Below, piece by piece: positions 45,412-55,563 of a stretch of DNA of 64,000 nt. The stretch lies in assembly GCA_965221275.1 (NCBI GenBank), contig OZ244875.1:2704623-2768622 (forward strand), read 5' to 3'. Source of the DNA: Phototrophicaceae bacterium (GTDB taxonomy: Bacteria; Chloroflexota; Anaerolineae; Aggregatilineales; Phototrophicaceae). How positions within the stretch are numbered: the stretch's first letter is position 1; the number at the start of each line of letters is the position of its first letter. The notes below the pieces were generated by a model. That model was not told where the DNA came from. It saw only the letters and a program-made list of their open reading frames with translations, and made no database searches. Position numbers and translations under genes: made by a program.

Positions 45412-45963
45412 ATGGCTGCTGAAGTCTTTTCTGTGGAAGTTGCTGGCATCAAGCGTGATTTGCCCTTGATGGAAATCAAACCCGGTGTCAAAATCGCGAT
45501 CCTCAATATTCTCGGAGACTACGAGTTTGTCAACGCAGCCAGCGCCGAATTGGCGACCAAGCTGGCAGGCATGGATATCGAGGTGTTTGTGACCGCCGAA
45601 GCCAAGTCCATTCCCCTGGCGCATGCCCTCAGCACTGAGATGGAGCTGCCTTATGTGGTCTTGCGCAAGTCTCACAAACCCTATATGGGAGATGCTCTGC
45701 AAAGCGAGACCTTGAGCATCACCACCGGCAAACCGCAAACATTGTTCCTGGACGAAAAAGATCGCAAGTTGGTCGCGGGCAAGCGCGTCGCCATCATTGA
45801 CGATGTCATCTCTACCGGCAGCACCCTGCAAGGTATGCGCCTGCTCATGAGCAGAGCCGGCGCGAATACCATCGCTGAAGCTGCGATTTTCACCGAAGGC
45901 GACCGCGCGCAATGGTATGACATTGTCGCTTTGGGACATTTGCCGGTCTGGGTCGAGGACTAA
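45412..45963 (+). CDS. Phosphoribosyltransferase-family protein (adenine/purine PRTase-like)
   Basis: PRPP-binding motif RVAIIDDVISTGSTL. Start ATG 45412 is preceded by GGAGAAGGA. Confidence 0.75.
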   Translation: MAAEVFSVEVAGIKRDLPLMEIKPGVKIAILNILGDYEFVNAASAELATKLAGMDIEVFVTAEAKSIPLAHALSTEMELPYVVLRKSHKPYMGDALQSETLSITTGKPQTLFLDEKDRKLVAGKRVAIIDDVISTGSTLQGMRLLMSRAGANTIAEAAIFTEGDRAQWYDIVALGHLPVWVED

Positions 45964-46034
45964 TCTATACCTAATGTTTTTGCTACAATAAACTGTAAAC
46001 CGCTAATCATCGATATTCATTGCCGAATTGCCAT

Positions 46035-46625
46035 ATGTCTTCACAGAACTCACCGCGATTGACCCTCATTGTTTTCCTGACAGCAATCATCCTAATTGCA
46101 TTGGCCGGCCTTGTTTTGTTAGCTTCCCGCCCGCAGCCGGCGATCATTACCATTCATCCTCCGTTGCCCAGTGCAACACCGCTGCCCACAGCGACGCCTA
46201 AGCCGATTCTTGTCTATGTCACTGGCGAAGTGCAACATCGAGGGACGCTCCATTACTTGCCTTATGGCAGCCGCATTTCCGACGCGATAGCAGCAGCTGG
46301 TGGCTTCACCGATGGAGCTAACCGGACGCTGGTCAATCTGGCGGGAATCGCCCGCGATGGCGACCAGATCCATGTGCCCGCTCGTGATGTCACCGTAACT
46401 GAAAATACCTTGCCGACGCCATCAGGTGGGCGACGCATCTATATCAATACGGCAACACAAGCGGAGCTGGAAACATTGCCCGGCATCGGTCCAGCGACTG
46501 CGGCTCGCATCATCGAGTATCGTGATCACGTGGACAACTTTGCGAGCCTGGAGGATTTAGACCAGGTCGCGGGTATCGGCGAAGTGACGCTGGAAAGCTT
46601 GCGCGATTTGATCGCCTTTGATTAG
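46035..46625 (+). CDS. comEA: ComEA-family DNA-binding protein (TM anchor, SLBB-like domain, helix-hairpin-helix)
   Basis: VYVTGEVQHRGTLHYLPYGSRISDAIAAAGG (SLBB-like). INTATQAELETLPGIGPATAARIIEYR (HhH). Confidence 0.8.
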   Translation: MSSQNSPRLTLIVFLTAIILIALAGLVLLASRPQPAIITIHPPLPSATPLPTATPKPILVYVTGEVQHRGTLHYLPYGSRISDAIAAAGGFTDGANRTLVNLAGIARDGDQIHVPARDVTVTENTLPTPSGGRRIYINTATQAELETLPGIGPATAARIIEYRDHVDNFASLEDLDQVAGIGEVTLESLRDLIAFD

Positions 46626-47707
46626 CGAATGCGCTCACCGGAAACTGCATCGAAAAAATAGGCGCGTGACCAATCCAGCCGGCAGTGGATCGTATCACCT
46701 GGTTCGTATGGTACATCCAGTGGCGCCTGAACTCGCCAACGCCGTTTACGCAGCCAAACTTCCAGCAACTGGAATTTCTCGGCATAGAAGGGAATGGCGC
46801 GGTCGATGATCGCGGGGATGCCACTTGTGCCATCACAGAGCGCGATATGCTGTGGGCGAATCCCAACGATGACCTCGCTGCCATTCGGACGATAGCTTGG
46901 TATGGCGGCGCGCCCTATATAACTGCCATCCCATTCGCCATCGATAACCCGCCCCCAAAATGTATTGATGGTCGGCGTGCCTAGAAATTCCGCCACGAAC
47001 AGACTATTCGGGTTATCCTGCAATGCTTCGTAGGAGCCGCTTTGGATGATGCGCCCGGCATTAAGCACCACGATGCGGTCGGCTATGCTCATCGCTTCCA
47101 CCTGGTCATGGGTCACATAGACCAAAGTGACGTTGAATTGCTGGATCAAGCGTTTCAGCTCCACCCGCGCTTGGGCACGAAATTTGGCATCCAGGTTGGC
47201 GAAGGGCTCATCAAATAGCAGCAATTCCAGATCCCGCGCGAAAGCCCGCGCGATCGAAACCCGCTGTTTTTCTCCGCCAGAGAGGTTACGGGGAAATCTG
47301 CCCATCAGACGCTCGATATCGACGCCGGTGATATTGGCGACAGTTTGCACATGTGCGGGCACTTCATCTTCACGATCGCGTAGCCGCAGAAAAAAACCAA
47401 CGGTCTTGCGGCTTTCCCAATGTGGTATCAGCACATAGTTCTGGAAGACCATGCCGATGCCGCGGTTTTCTATCGGAATATCGTCTAATGGCACGCCATT
47501 GTATAGAATCTCGCCATTGTCCGGCGTCTCTAAACCGGCGATCAAGCGCAACAGGGTAGTTTTGCCGCATCCCGATGGACCCAACAAAACAACCGCCTCG
47601 CCATCTTCGATCTGCAAATTGAAGTCTTTGATCGCCAATACGGGGGTCTGCTTGCGGCTTTTATCGTAAAAGGTCTTGCTCACGTTCTTGAGCGTGATCG
47701 TTCTCAT
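46622..47707 (-). CDS. ABC transporter ATP-binding protein, sugar-type (MalK/UgpC/MsiK-like); orphan
   Basis: 361 aa. GPSGCGKTT, LSGGEKQRVSIARA, LLLFDEPFANLD. C-terminal regulatory/TOBE-like region. Confidence 0.85.
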   Translation of the reverse strand: MRTITLKNVSKTFYDKSRKQTPVLAIKDFNLQIEDGEAVVLLGPSGCGKTTLLRLIAGLETPDNGEILYNGVPLDDIPIENRGIGMVFQNYVLIPHWESRKTVGFFLRLRDREDEVPAHVQTVANITGVDIERLMGRFPRNLSGGEKQRVSIARAFARDLELLLFDEPFANLDAKFRAQARVELKRLIQQFNVTLVYVTHDQVEAMSIADRIVVLNAGRIIQSGSYEALQDNPNSLFVAEFLGTPTINTFWGRVIDGEWDGSYIGRAAIPSYRPNGSEVIVGIRPQHIALCDGTSGIPAIIDRAIPFYAEKFQLLEVWLRKRRWRVQAPLDVPYEPGDTIHCRLDWSRAYFFDAVSGERIR

Positions 47708-47858
47708 CGCTCGAATCCCACCTTATCCTGCCAATTGCTAGCATAACATATTGGCGAGCGATGCGTGCCTCCCACTATGGTATTGTCCCCCGGCTGAGAT
47801 ATAATCAATTTATCGTAGTAGTCATTTAACCAAGTTATTTCTGAACCGGAGCACGGAT

Positions 47859-48827
47859 TTGACCAACACGATTCAAGCGGATTTGATACCGCTGACAACA
47901 TCGGAAGAGTGGCAACCCGATCCCAAGAGTCCGCGGCGACGCCCGCCCTGGATCCGCGTCCGTGCGCCCAGTGGCGAAACCTATGAACAAGTGCGCCAAC
48001 TCATGCGCAACAAGACTTTGCACACCGTTTGTGAAGAGGCGCAATGTCCTAATTTAGGCGAATGTTGGGGCAAGGGAACCGCTACCTTCTTGATGATGGG
48101 CGATACCTGCACCCGCAGTTGTGGCTTTTGTGATATCAAGACGGGGAGACCCAATCCGCTTGATTGGGCGGAACCGAATCGGATCGCCCAGAGCGTCCGG
48201 GCAATGGGCTTGCAACATGTTGTCATCACCAGCGTCAATCGTGATGATCGCCCCGATGGCGGCGCGCCGCTTTTCGCTATGGTCATTCGACGAATCCGCC
48301 AGTTGCAACCCGGCTGTTCCATCGAGGTGCTAATCCCGGATTTCAAGGGAAGCGAACTGGCGCTGAAAATCGTGATGGACGCTCAACCAGAAATCCTCAA
48401 TCACAATGTGGAGACGGTGCCGCGCCTGTTCAAAAAAGTGCAGCCACAAGATCGTTATGATTGGGCGCTATCGACATTGGACAACGCCAAAAAGATGGAT
48501 CCCCTGGTCTTAACCAAGAGTGGGATTATGCTCGGCTTGGGCGAGACGATGGAAGAAGTCCTTGAAACCATGGCAGATCTGGTGGCTGTCGGCGTCGATA
48601 TTCTGACGCTGGGGCAATATTTGCAGCCCAGCAAAAGCCACTTGCCGATCGAGCGGTATTACACCCCGGCCGAATTTGACAGTCTGCGCGAAGCTGGTTT
48701 GTCGTTGGGCTTCCAATGGGTCGAGAGCGGACCACTGGTGCGCAGCAGCTATCGCGCCGCTGAACAAGTTCGAGAGCTTTCAAAGCTGGATCATTATCGT
48801 CTGCATGAACTGCGGCTGAACAGCTAA
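47859..48827 (+). CDS. lipA: Lipoyl synthase (radical SAM)
   Basis: [13 protein letters not shown] and [10 protein letters not shown] cluster motifs. TTG start preceded by GGAG-N7. Confidence 0.92.
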   Translation: MTNTIQADLIPLTTSEEWQPDPKSPRRRPPWIRVRAPSGETYEQVRQLMRNKTLHTVCEEAQCPNLGECWGKGTATFLMMGDTCTRSCGFCDIKTGRPNPLDWAEPNRIAQSVRAMGLQHVVITSVNRDDRPDGGAPLFAMVIRRIRQLQPGCSIEVLIPDFKGSELALKIVMDAQPEILNHNVETVPRLFKKVQPQDRYDWALSTLDNAKKMDPLVLTKSGIMLGLGETMEEVLETMADLVAVGVDILTLGQYLQPSKSHLPIERYYTPAEFDSLREAGLSLGFQWVESGPLVRSSYRAAEQVRELSKLDHYRLHELRLNS

Positions 48828-48868
48828 AGCGCGCAGCCATACCGGGCGAAACTAGAATCAAAAGTGAG

Positions 48869-49465
48869 TTGAGCAAACGAGGAAAAAACATGAGCGCATT
48901 TTTTGCTAATCGCCGTGGACAAACGGAAGCCGAAGCAGCAGAGGCAGTCACAGTTTTGCCAACTGGCAGGTCCCTCGGTTTCGACACGGTCATCGGTTCC
49001 AATACCCAATTCGAAGGCAAGTTCACCAGCTCGGGCAATGTACGCATGGATGGGCAATTCAGCGGCTCCTTGGAGATCAGTGGTAACATCTTGGTGGGCG
49101 AATCGGCAGAGATCCACGCCGATATCAACGCGCGTAATATCTCCATCGCCGGCGTCGTTCGCGGCAATGTCGCGGGCAACAAGGTGCAACTGTTGCGTAC
49201 CGGGCGCATCTGGGGCGATATCAGCGCTTCCGCTTTGACCACTGAAGAAGGCGCCTTCATCGATGGCAAGATCACCATGGTCGGGCATGCAGCCACCCGC
49301 CCACCAACAGATGAAGAACTCGCTGAGTATGAAGACGGGACAGTTCTGGCAACTGACCTTGCGAATGATCTCGCCGCTGATATCGAAGAAGAGCCGATAG
49401 CGGAAGACGCGGAAGACGCGGAAGACGATGTGGAGATCGATCCAACTGAAGAGACGGATCGCTAA
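48869..49465 (+). CDS. Bactofilin-family cytoskeletal protein with an acidic C-terminal tail
   Basis: The beta-helical repeat segment FEGKFTSSGNVRMDGQFSGSLEISGNILVGESAEIHADINARNISIAGVVRGNVAGNKVQLLRTGRIWGDISASALTTEEGAFIDGKI is typical of DUF583/bactofilin. Confidence 0.85.
   Translation: MSKRGKNMSAFFANRRGQTEAEAAEAVTVLPTGRSLGFDTVIGSNTQFEGKFTSSGNVRMDGQFSGSLEISGNILVGESAEIHADINARNISIAGVVRGNVAGNKVQLLRTGRIWGDISASALTTEEGAFIDGKITMVGHAATRPPTDEELAEYEDGTVLATDLANDLAADIEEEPIAEDAEDAEDDVEIDPTEETDR
49411..49437 (+). repeat. Perfect 3x tandem 9-nt repeat (cggaagacg) inside the bactofilin tail
   Basis: Read directly: cggaagacg at 49411-19, 49420-28 and 49429-37. It encodes AEDAEDAED. Confidence 0.9.
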
Positions 49466-50232
49466 ATCGAGCCCGCGGTAATCCCGCCATCCAACACAAA
49501 AACCGCCCCCGTTGTGAAGTCCGAAGCCGACGACGCCAGGAACAGTGCGATTCCAGCCATGTCTCTTGGTTGACCAATACGCCCAACAGGTGTCCGCGCT
49601 ATCACCTCTTGTAGTAGATCTGGGTTGCCCCATAATGCCTGGGCGAATTTGGTCTGCACCAAGCCCGGGGCAATAGCGTTGACTTGGATATTATCCCCGC
49701 CGAGCTCCATGGCAAGGGTCTCGGTCAAGCTGATGACAGCGGCTTTAGTCACGCTGTAAATGCCTTGGTAACGCCCTGGTTTCAAGCCAACAATTGATGC
49801 TATGTTGATGATCTTCCCGCCCCCATGCGCCCGCATGATCTTGACCGCCGCTTGAGTCAACCAAATATTGCCCATCAGGTTGACCTCAATCGTCTTTTGC
49901 CAGTAGCTGTCTTCAGCTTCCAGCACGGTGCCAAAATGCGGGTTAGTCGCCGCGTTGTTGACCAGGATATCCAACTTGCCATAACGCTTTACTGTTTGCG
50001 CGACCAGGTTCTTAAGCGCTTCTTTATCACCGTTGTGCGCGGCGATGCCAATGGCTTCCCCGCCCTCGGCGCGTATTTGCTCCGCTACCTCATCGAGTGA
50101 GTTTTGCCGGCGACTGGACAAGACAACTTTGCTCCCGGCCCCGGCAAACTGCTCGGCAATTTCCCTGCCGATGCCACGCGATGCGCCGGTTACGATGGCT
50201 ACCCGTCCGCTCAAATCGAATAAATCATTCAT
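49462..50232 (-). CDS. SDR-family oxidoreductase (FabG-like)
   Basis: VAIVTGASRGIG, NNAA, YSVTKAAV. Start chosen at ATG 50232, preceded by GGAG (50240-50243). The track ORF starts at TTG 50250. Confidence 0.85.
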   Translation of the reverse strand: MNDLFDLSGRVAIVTGASRGIGREIAEQFAGAGSKVVLSSRRQNSLDEVAEQIRAEGGEAIGIAAHNGDKEALKNLVAQTVKRYGKLDILVNNAATNPHFGTVLEAEDSYWQKTIEVNLMGNIWLTQAAVKIMRAHGGGKIINIASIVGLKPGRYQGIYSVTKAAVISLTETLAMELGGDNIQVNAIAPGLVQTKFAQALWGNPDLLQEVIARTPVGRIGQPRDMAGIALFLASSASDFTTGAVFVLDGGITAGSI

Positions 50233-50246
50233 GGCGCTTCTCCGAT

Positions 50247-50924
50247 TCAAGCGCGCTGCTTGGGAATACTGCCAAGAACGGGCAATCCCATACGGCGCAG
50301 GTCATCTTGATGGTGAATCCTGGGATCAACAAATTCGACGAAAAATGCCAATGCCAGCCCGATGAAGAAGGCCACAGCCAAGCGCATTAATGGCGCCAGC
50401 CGCGCTGTTAATGGTGTCGCTATGGGCGAAATCGTCGGCTGATCCAAAATCGTCACTTGAGCCGCTTCCCCTCCCAGTTGCGGAAAATAAGACTGGCTGC
50501 GATTGCTCATTACCAGCATGACCGCTTCCGCCGCTGCCTGCAATGATTCTCTGTCACGATGCTGCAGATACACGACGCCTATATTCCCCGCATTATCGGC
50601 GGCGATGCTTAAGCTCTCCAGGGAGATGGCGGGGTCACCCAAGTGCTGGCTCACTTCTCCGCGAAAACTCGAACCCCGCACCCAATCGGTAAAAGCATCA
50701 ATAGTATACTCGGATGCCTGCCAGACATCTGTATAATCGCCATCGCGTTCCGGCAAGTTGAGTTTTTGCGCCGCGCTATAGCTGATCTGGGTAGTGAAGC
50801 CGCTGGCTGCGCCTTGGCCCGCGCTGATAAGATCCGGCAGAACAAGTCCCGCGCCCAGCAAAACTGGCAGCGCGATCAACCACCAGCGACGCAGGATAAT
50901 ACGAATGAGTTCTCTGTAGTCCAT
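50247..50924 (-). CDS. Wzz/YwqC-like polysaccharide chain-length determinant (two-TM modulator type)
   Basis: MDYRELIRIILRRWWLIALPVLLGAG at the N-terminus and a second TM near the C-terminus (LMRLAVAFFIGLALAFFVEF). Confidence 0.7.
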   Translation of the reverse strand: MDYRELIRIILRRWWLIALPVLLGAGLVLPDLISAGQGAASGFTTQISYSAAQKLNLPERDGDYTDVWQASEYTIDAFTDWVRGSSFRGEVSQHLGDPAISLESLSIAADNAGNIGVVYLQHRDRESLQAAAEAVMLVMSNRSQSYFPQLGGEAAQVTILDQPTISPIATPLTARLAPLMRLAVAFFIGLALAFFVEFVDPRIHHQDDLRRMGLPVLGSIPKQRA

Positions 50925-50943
50925 GATAATTGTCCCTTCGCGG

Positions 50944-52083
50944 CTATAGCGCTAAAGTGGGGTCCTGAAATTGGAAATCCTGTTGTTCCATATGCGCTTG
51001 CCAAGCTTGTTCCACAAATGCCTTGATACGTTCGAGAAAGACGGCATTGCTAAATTGCAGGGCGTGGCGGCGCATCTTTTCTGGATTGTAGGCTTGGGCA
51101 TCGAAGTTTTGCCAGACCGCATTCAGGCTATTTACCGACGCTTCATCGAAGAACTCGCCGGTCAGGCCAGGGATGACTGTGTCCAAAGCGCCACCCCCTC
51201 TGAAAGCGATCACGGGGCGCCCGGCGGCTTGCGCTTGCACCGGCGTGATGCCAAAATCTTCCAAGCCAGGGAAAAGCAAGGCTTTGCATCGCGCCATCAA
51301 ACCGGGCAATTGCTCGTCCGGCACAAAACCCAGAAACTCTACATTATCGCCCGCGAGCCCGCGCAAGCGATCCAGGTCTCGCCCTTTGCCAGCGATTTTT
51401 AAGCGAACGCCCAATTCAGTTGCTGCTTGCACAGCCAGATCAATCCGCTTGTAGGGGATTAACCGCGATACCACCAAATAATAATCCTCGACTTCGCTCT
51501 CCGCCAACGGTTGAAAACGCTCGGTATCAACCGGGGGGAAGATAATCGATGAGTCCCGTTTGTAATACTGGCTGATGCGCTGCTGCACCGCGCTGCTGAT
51601 AGCGATGAAATGGGAGACCCGTTGCGCCGCCGCATAATCCCAAGTGCGAAGCAGCTTCACCAGCGGTTGCAACAGCCACGTGCCCGGCAGCCCAAGATCC
51701 TCACCAGCGAGATAATTCTCCAGCTGCCAAACGTATCGCGTCGGCGTCAAGCAATAGCAAATATGCAGCGATTTCGCGGGGAAGCGTAAACCATGGCAGA
51801 ACCCGCTCTTGTTGCTCAGAATCACATCATAATCGCGTAGCTGCAGCCGGCTCCAGGCAAGTGGGTAGAAAGGTAAGTAGAGTTGGTGTTGCCGGTGTAT
51901 GGCGGGCAGTTGGTCGATCCACAAAGTACGAATATCCCAGTCTTGATACTGTTTCGGCATCATATCGGGGGCGTAGATGCTGGTATAAATCGGGCTTTCG
52001 GGGAAGTGGCCCATTAGCACAGCCAGGACATCTTCTGCCCCGCCGACTTGGTTCAGCCAATCATGGACGAGCGCCAGTTTCAA
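50944..52083 (-). CDS. Glycosyltransferase family 4 (GT-B, group 1)
   Basis: 379 aa. MKLALVHDWL, and the C-terminal EDFGITPVQAQAAGRPVIA (EX7E region). Confidence 0.85.
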   Translation of the reverse strand: MKLALVHDWLNQVGGAEDVLAVLMGHFPESPIYTSIYAPDMMPKQYQDWDIRTLWIDQLPAIHRQHQLYLPFYPLAWSRLQLRDYDVILSNKSGFCHGLRFPAKSLHICYCLTPTRYVWQLENYLAGEDLGLPGTWLLQPLVKLLRTWDYAAAQRVSHFIAISSAVQQRISQYYKRDSSIIFPPVDTERFQPLAESEVEDYYLVVSRLIPYKRIDLAVQAATELGVRLKIAGKGRDLDRLRGLAGDNVEFLGFVPDEQLPGLMARCKALLFPGLEDFGITPVQAQAAGRPVIAFRGGGALDTVIPGLTGEFFDEASVNSLNAVWQNFDAQAYNPEKMRRHALQFSNAVFLERIKAFVEQAWQAHMEQQDFQFQDPTLAL

Positions 52084-52152
52084 GCGATTCTCCTGTCATG
52101 GCGCTCCGGTGAAAGCAGAAGTATCCAGCTTGCTGATCGGCAGCGCATGTCT

Positions 52153-52827
52153 TTATTCTTTCCCAGTGTCTGTCAGCTGGCAGACAGGTTTGAAGGAGCG
52201 GCGATGCTCCGGGCAGGGACCGTAATCTCGCAAGGCGCGCAGGTGCGCTGCCGTTCCATACCCTTTGTGCTGTGCGAAACCATATTGCTTGTATTCCGCG
52301 TCTAGCTTCACCATGTAAGCATCGCGCCAGACTTTGGCGATGACACTAGCGCAGGCAATGCTGAGAGAGCGCTTGTCCCCATCCACAATGCTCACTTGGG
52401 GTAGATCGCGGCGTTCGGGCAAAAGCATAAAATCTAGGAACAAGCAATCCGGTTCAATGGCGTTGGGGCGCAGCGCCTGTTCCAGCGCGCGCTGCATGGC
52501 TGCTTTGGTGGCTTCAACGATGCCGACACGGTCAATTTCCTCAGCGCAGCTATGACCGATACCCCAAGCCAAGGCGACCTCTTTGATCACTTGGCTATGC
52601 TCTTGTCGCTGCCCGGGGCTCATTTCTTTGCTATCTCGGACTCCCTGTAATACTTTACTGAGATCCCTACGTTCCAAGGGTAGCGCTACTGCGCCCGCGG
52701 CAACAGGACCTGCCAATGGACCGCGCCCCGCTTCATCAATGCCCAAAATATAGCGGCAGCCACTTTTCTGATACTGACGTTCGTGATAAAGGCTAGCTGT
52801 CTTGGCTCTTGCCCTTGGCTTTGTCAT
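52153..52827 (-). CDS. rnhB: Ribonuclease HII
   Basis: GIDEAGRGPLAGPV, DSKEMS, ASVIAKVWRD. Its 5' end overlaps the upstream GT2 gene by 35 nt. Confidence 0.9.
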   Translation of the reverse strand: MTKPRARAKTASLYHERQYQKSGCRYILGIDEAGRGPLAGPVAAGAVALPLERRDLSKVLQGVRDSKEMSPGQRQEHSQVIKEVALAWGIGHSCAEEIDRVGIVEATKAAMQRALEQALRPNAIEPDCLFLDFMLLPERRDLPQVSIVDGDKRSLSIACASVIAKVWRDAYMVKLDAEYKQYGFAQHKGYGTAAHLRALRDYGPCPEHRRSFKPVCQLTDTGKE

Positions 52828-53548
52828 AGTGCCCCTGGCGCCAATTCCGTCTGATTTCCCAAATCTCGCGCAGCATATTGACCGAGTCGTCCCAAAGTTT
52901 CATCGTCGAATAGGGATCGAAATACCAAGCAATTGGCACTTCTTTGACTTTGTAGCCGCGTTTCTTGGCGATAAACAGCAACTCAACATCGAAGCCGATA
53001 CCATTCATTCGTTGTACAGTGAACAGGTCTTCAGCGACATTGGCGCGAAACATCTTGAAGCCGCATTGCGTGTCTTCAAAATCCTGGATAGCCGCCAGCT
53101 TGATGATGAGATTGTTGAGGCGGCCCATCAAATGACGATATTCCGGTTCACCGATGCGTTCGGCACCAGGTGCTTCGCGGCTGGCGATGATGATGTCATA
53201 ATCAGCCGTCGCCGGCGGTAGAAACTTCACCAAATCATCAATGCGCATGGACAAATCGGCATCGCAGATGAAGCGCCATTTGCCCCGCGCCGCCAACATG
53301 CCTTGCTTGACCGCCAAGCCCTTGCCACGCAGATTATCCGGCGACTGGATCACCCGGACGTTCTGCATTTGACGCGCATGCTCCAGGGCGACCTCATAGG
53401 TGCGGTCATGACTGCCGTTTTCGACAATGATGATCTCGGCATTATAATCTTGCTGCTGCAGGAAACTATCGATCTTTGCCAAGCTGGGTGGCAATCGGCT
53501 TTCTTCATTATGTGCCGGTATCACAATGCTCAAGAACGGGTTGCTCAA
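52793..53548 (-). CDS. Glycosyltransferase family 2 (polyprenol-phosphate sugar synthase-like)
   Basis: LSIVIPAHNEE, IIIVENGSHDRT, FICDADLS. Confidence 0.85.
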   Translation of the reverse strand: MSNPFLSIVIPAHNEESRLPPSLAKIDSFLQQQDYNAEIIIVENGSHDRTYEVALEHARQMQNVRVIQSPDNLRGKGLAVKQGMLAARGKWRFICDADLSMRIDDLVKFLPPATADYDIIIASREAPGAERIGEPEYRHLMGRLNNLIIKLAAIQDFEDTQCGFKMFRANVAEDLFTVQRMNGIGFDVELLFIAKKRGYKVKEVPIAWYFDPYSTMKLWDDSVNMLREIWEIRRNWRQGHYDKAKGKSQDS

Positions 53549-53657
53549 CGGTGAATCTCCAACTTGGTGAAAACATCAAACTTATAATACGCCAGAACTG
53601 CCCATTATACACATAGCGGGGTGGCAAAGCGCAGGCGGGCAATTCAAAGACCAGGTG

Positions 53658-54608
53658 CTATGTTTTTGTCAAAATACTGTCCAGATATTCATCGCTGACC
53701 CGCTTCAAGGCTTGTACTTGTTTCCTTTTCCTCAGCATATCTCCTACGCCCAAAAGTCCAGCTAAGCTTCCGCGCAATCTCGCTCTCGCTTCCAAACCAC
53801 GCCATGCCCGCAAGGCTTCCCAGGTCTGCACAACTTGTCTCAGCAGGATCCGCCAGCCATATCGGCGCAAAAGACCAGCTGGCATATTTTTGACGATCAG
53901 CCAGATGCTGTTGCGCCCGTCATGATAGCTGGCTGTTGCGCCACCGCCAGTCGCGGAAAGATGATGATAGACGATGGCGGTTGGCGTGTACCACACACGG
54001 TATCCCGCCAACTGCGCCCGCCATGCCAGATCCACATCTTCAAGCAAAAAAAAGAAATCGTCATCCAGCGTGCCGATCTCCTCCAGCATCGACCGGCGAT
54101 AGGCAGCGGAACCACCACAAGCGGAGAAAACGTATTCCGCCCGGTCATATTGCCCGGTATCGGTCTCCCAAGCGCCACGGTTGCCCGCGCGCCCATCGTT
54201 GGTGAAGAAATCGCCGGCGGTATGGAAGCGGCAACGTTGATCGAAAAGCAGCATCTTGCTAGCCACAATGCCAACTTCGGGATGCTGCTCAAAAGCCGCC
54301 ACAACCTCGGCTGCCCAATCTTGCTGAACTTCGGTATCGTTGTTCAACAAGGCAATGAACTCTCCGCTCGCCAGATCCATACCATGGTTGCAGGCGCCGG
54401 TGAAACCTCGATTCCGCTCCAGCTCAACCAGCTGAAACCCCGGATACGCCCCCTTAATGAATTGCTGTGAGCCATCAGAGGAAGCATTATCCACGATGAT
54501 AACTTCTATATTGGGAAGGCTCTGCCGGCCTATCGCATCCAGGCAAGTAGTGAGGAAGTGTTTCCCGTTCCAATTCGGGATGACGACAGAGAAATGAGGA
54601 GTGGTCAT
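53658..54608 (-). CDS. Glycosyltransferase family 2 (rhamnosyltransferase-like)
   Basis: FSVVIPNWNGKHFL, VIIVDNASSDGS, LLNNDTEV. Start chosen at ATG 54608, overlapping the rmlD stop as TAATG. The track ORF extends to 54737. Confidence 0.8.
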   Translation of the reverse strand: MTTPHFSVVIPNWNGKHFLTTCLDAIGRQSLPNIEVIIVDNASSDGSQQFIKGAYPGFQLVELERNRGFTGACNHGMDLASGEFIALLNNDTEVQQDWAAEVVAAFEQHPEVGIVASKMLLFDQRCRFHTAGDFFTNDGRAGNRGAWETDTGQYDRAEYVFSACGGSAAYRRSMLEEIGTLDDDFFFLLEDVDLAWRAQLAGYRVWYTPTAIVYHHLSATGGGATASYHDGRNSIWLIVKNMPAGLLRRYGWRILLRQVVQTWEALRAWRGLEARARLRGSLAGLLGVGDMLRKRKQVQALKRVSDEYLDSILTKT

Positions 54609-55468
54609 TAACCAGCTGCCTCGGCAGCCAAAAAGACACTCACCGCTTCCTGCCATGGGCGCAGGCGGATCCCGATGCTGCTGCCGGCGATATTTGCCAA
54701 AGAGCTGTATTCCGGTGGAAGCGAGGGACGCTGCCACTCGTGACGGCTGATGCCTTCGATCGCTGTTTTGGCGAAGCCACCTTGATCCAGAACATAGCGG
54801 GCAAATTGCCAGCGGCTGGAACCACCCTCGTTGACCAGGTGATAAATGCCAAAGCGCTCGGTGGATATCAACTTGACGATGGCGGCCGCCAGGTCATTAG
54901 TGTAGGTAGGGTTAGCCACCTCGTTAGTCACGACGCGGAGTGGCTTACCGGCTCCCGCAGCATCCAATATCGCATGGATAAAATTGCGCCCCCCCTCGGC
55001 GAAGAGCCAAGACGACCGAACGATATAGTGCCGCGGATTGACTTGTGCCACAGCCCGTTCGCCATACCATTTGCTGTAGCCATAGGCATTGATTGGGTTG
55101 GGAATATCAAATTCCTTATATGGCTGGCTTTGCTTCCCGTCAAAAACTTCATTGCTGCTGACATAAAGTATGGGAATGCACATCCCCGCCGTTATCGCCG
55201 CCAGATGATGTGTCGCCACCCCGTTGATTCGTAGCGCCTTTTGTGGATCTAGCTCGCAGCCATCCACATCAGTCCAGGCAGCTGAATGAAGGACAATCTC
55301 TGGTTTTGCTTCGTTAATCAGTTGGCGGCAAGCACCATGGTCGGTCACATCCAGAACATGGCTGATATCCCCGACGATGTCCGTGCTGATGATCTCATGC
55401 TTCTCGGAGAGTTGCCGGCAGAGCTCTGAGCCGAGTTTGCCCCCCGCACCTGTTACCAATATTTTCAT
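54608..55468 (-). CDS. rmlD: dTDP-4-dehydrorhamnose reductase
   Basis: MKILVTGAGGKLG and YGYSKWYGE (YxxxK). It sits next to rmlB and rmlA. Confidence 0.85.
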   Translation of the reverse strand: MKILVTGAGGKLGSELCRQLSEKHEIISTDIVGDISHVLDVTDHGACRQLINEAKPEIVLHSAAWTDVDGCELDPQKALRINGVATHHLAAITAGMCIPILYVSSNEVFDGKQSQPYKEFDIPNPINAYGYSKWYGERAVAQVNPRHYIVRSSWLFAEGGRNFIHAILDAAGAGKPLRVVTNEVANPTYTNDLAAAIVKLISTERFGIYHLVNEGGSSRWQFARYVLDQGGFAKTAIEGISRHEWQRPSLPPEYSSLANIAGSSIGIRLRPWQEAVSVFLAAEAAG

Positions 55469-55563
55469 GCCCACTGCCCGTTTATGTATCCCTTAGCCAC
55501 TGCTGGTCATACCGAAAAGTGACAGAGAGCCGTTAGCGACTAACTTCAGGCTGTCACCAGCGC

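Noticed and set aside
45307-45939. 210-aa minus-strand ORF antisense to the phosphoribosyltransferase gene
   Set aside because: The plus-strand ORF has the PRPP-binding motif and a good RBS. The antisense ORF has no features.
48526-49633. Two long minus-strand ORFs (256 and 269 aa) overlapping the lipA 3' end and the bactofilin gene
   Set aside because: They are antisense to genes with clear family motifs. Their translations are low-complexity (Pro/Arg/Ser-rich).
53835-54470. 211-aa plus-strand ORF antisense to the GT2 gene
   Set aside because: It is a shadow ORF. The minus strand carries the GT2 DxD-type motifs.
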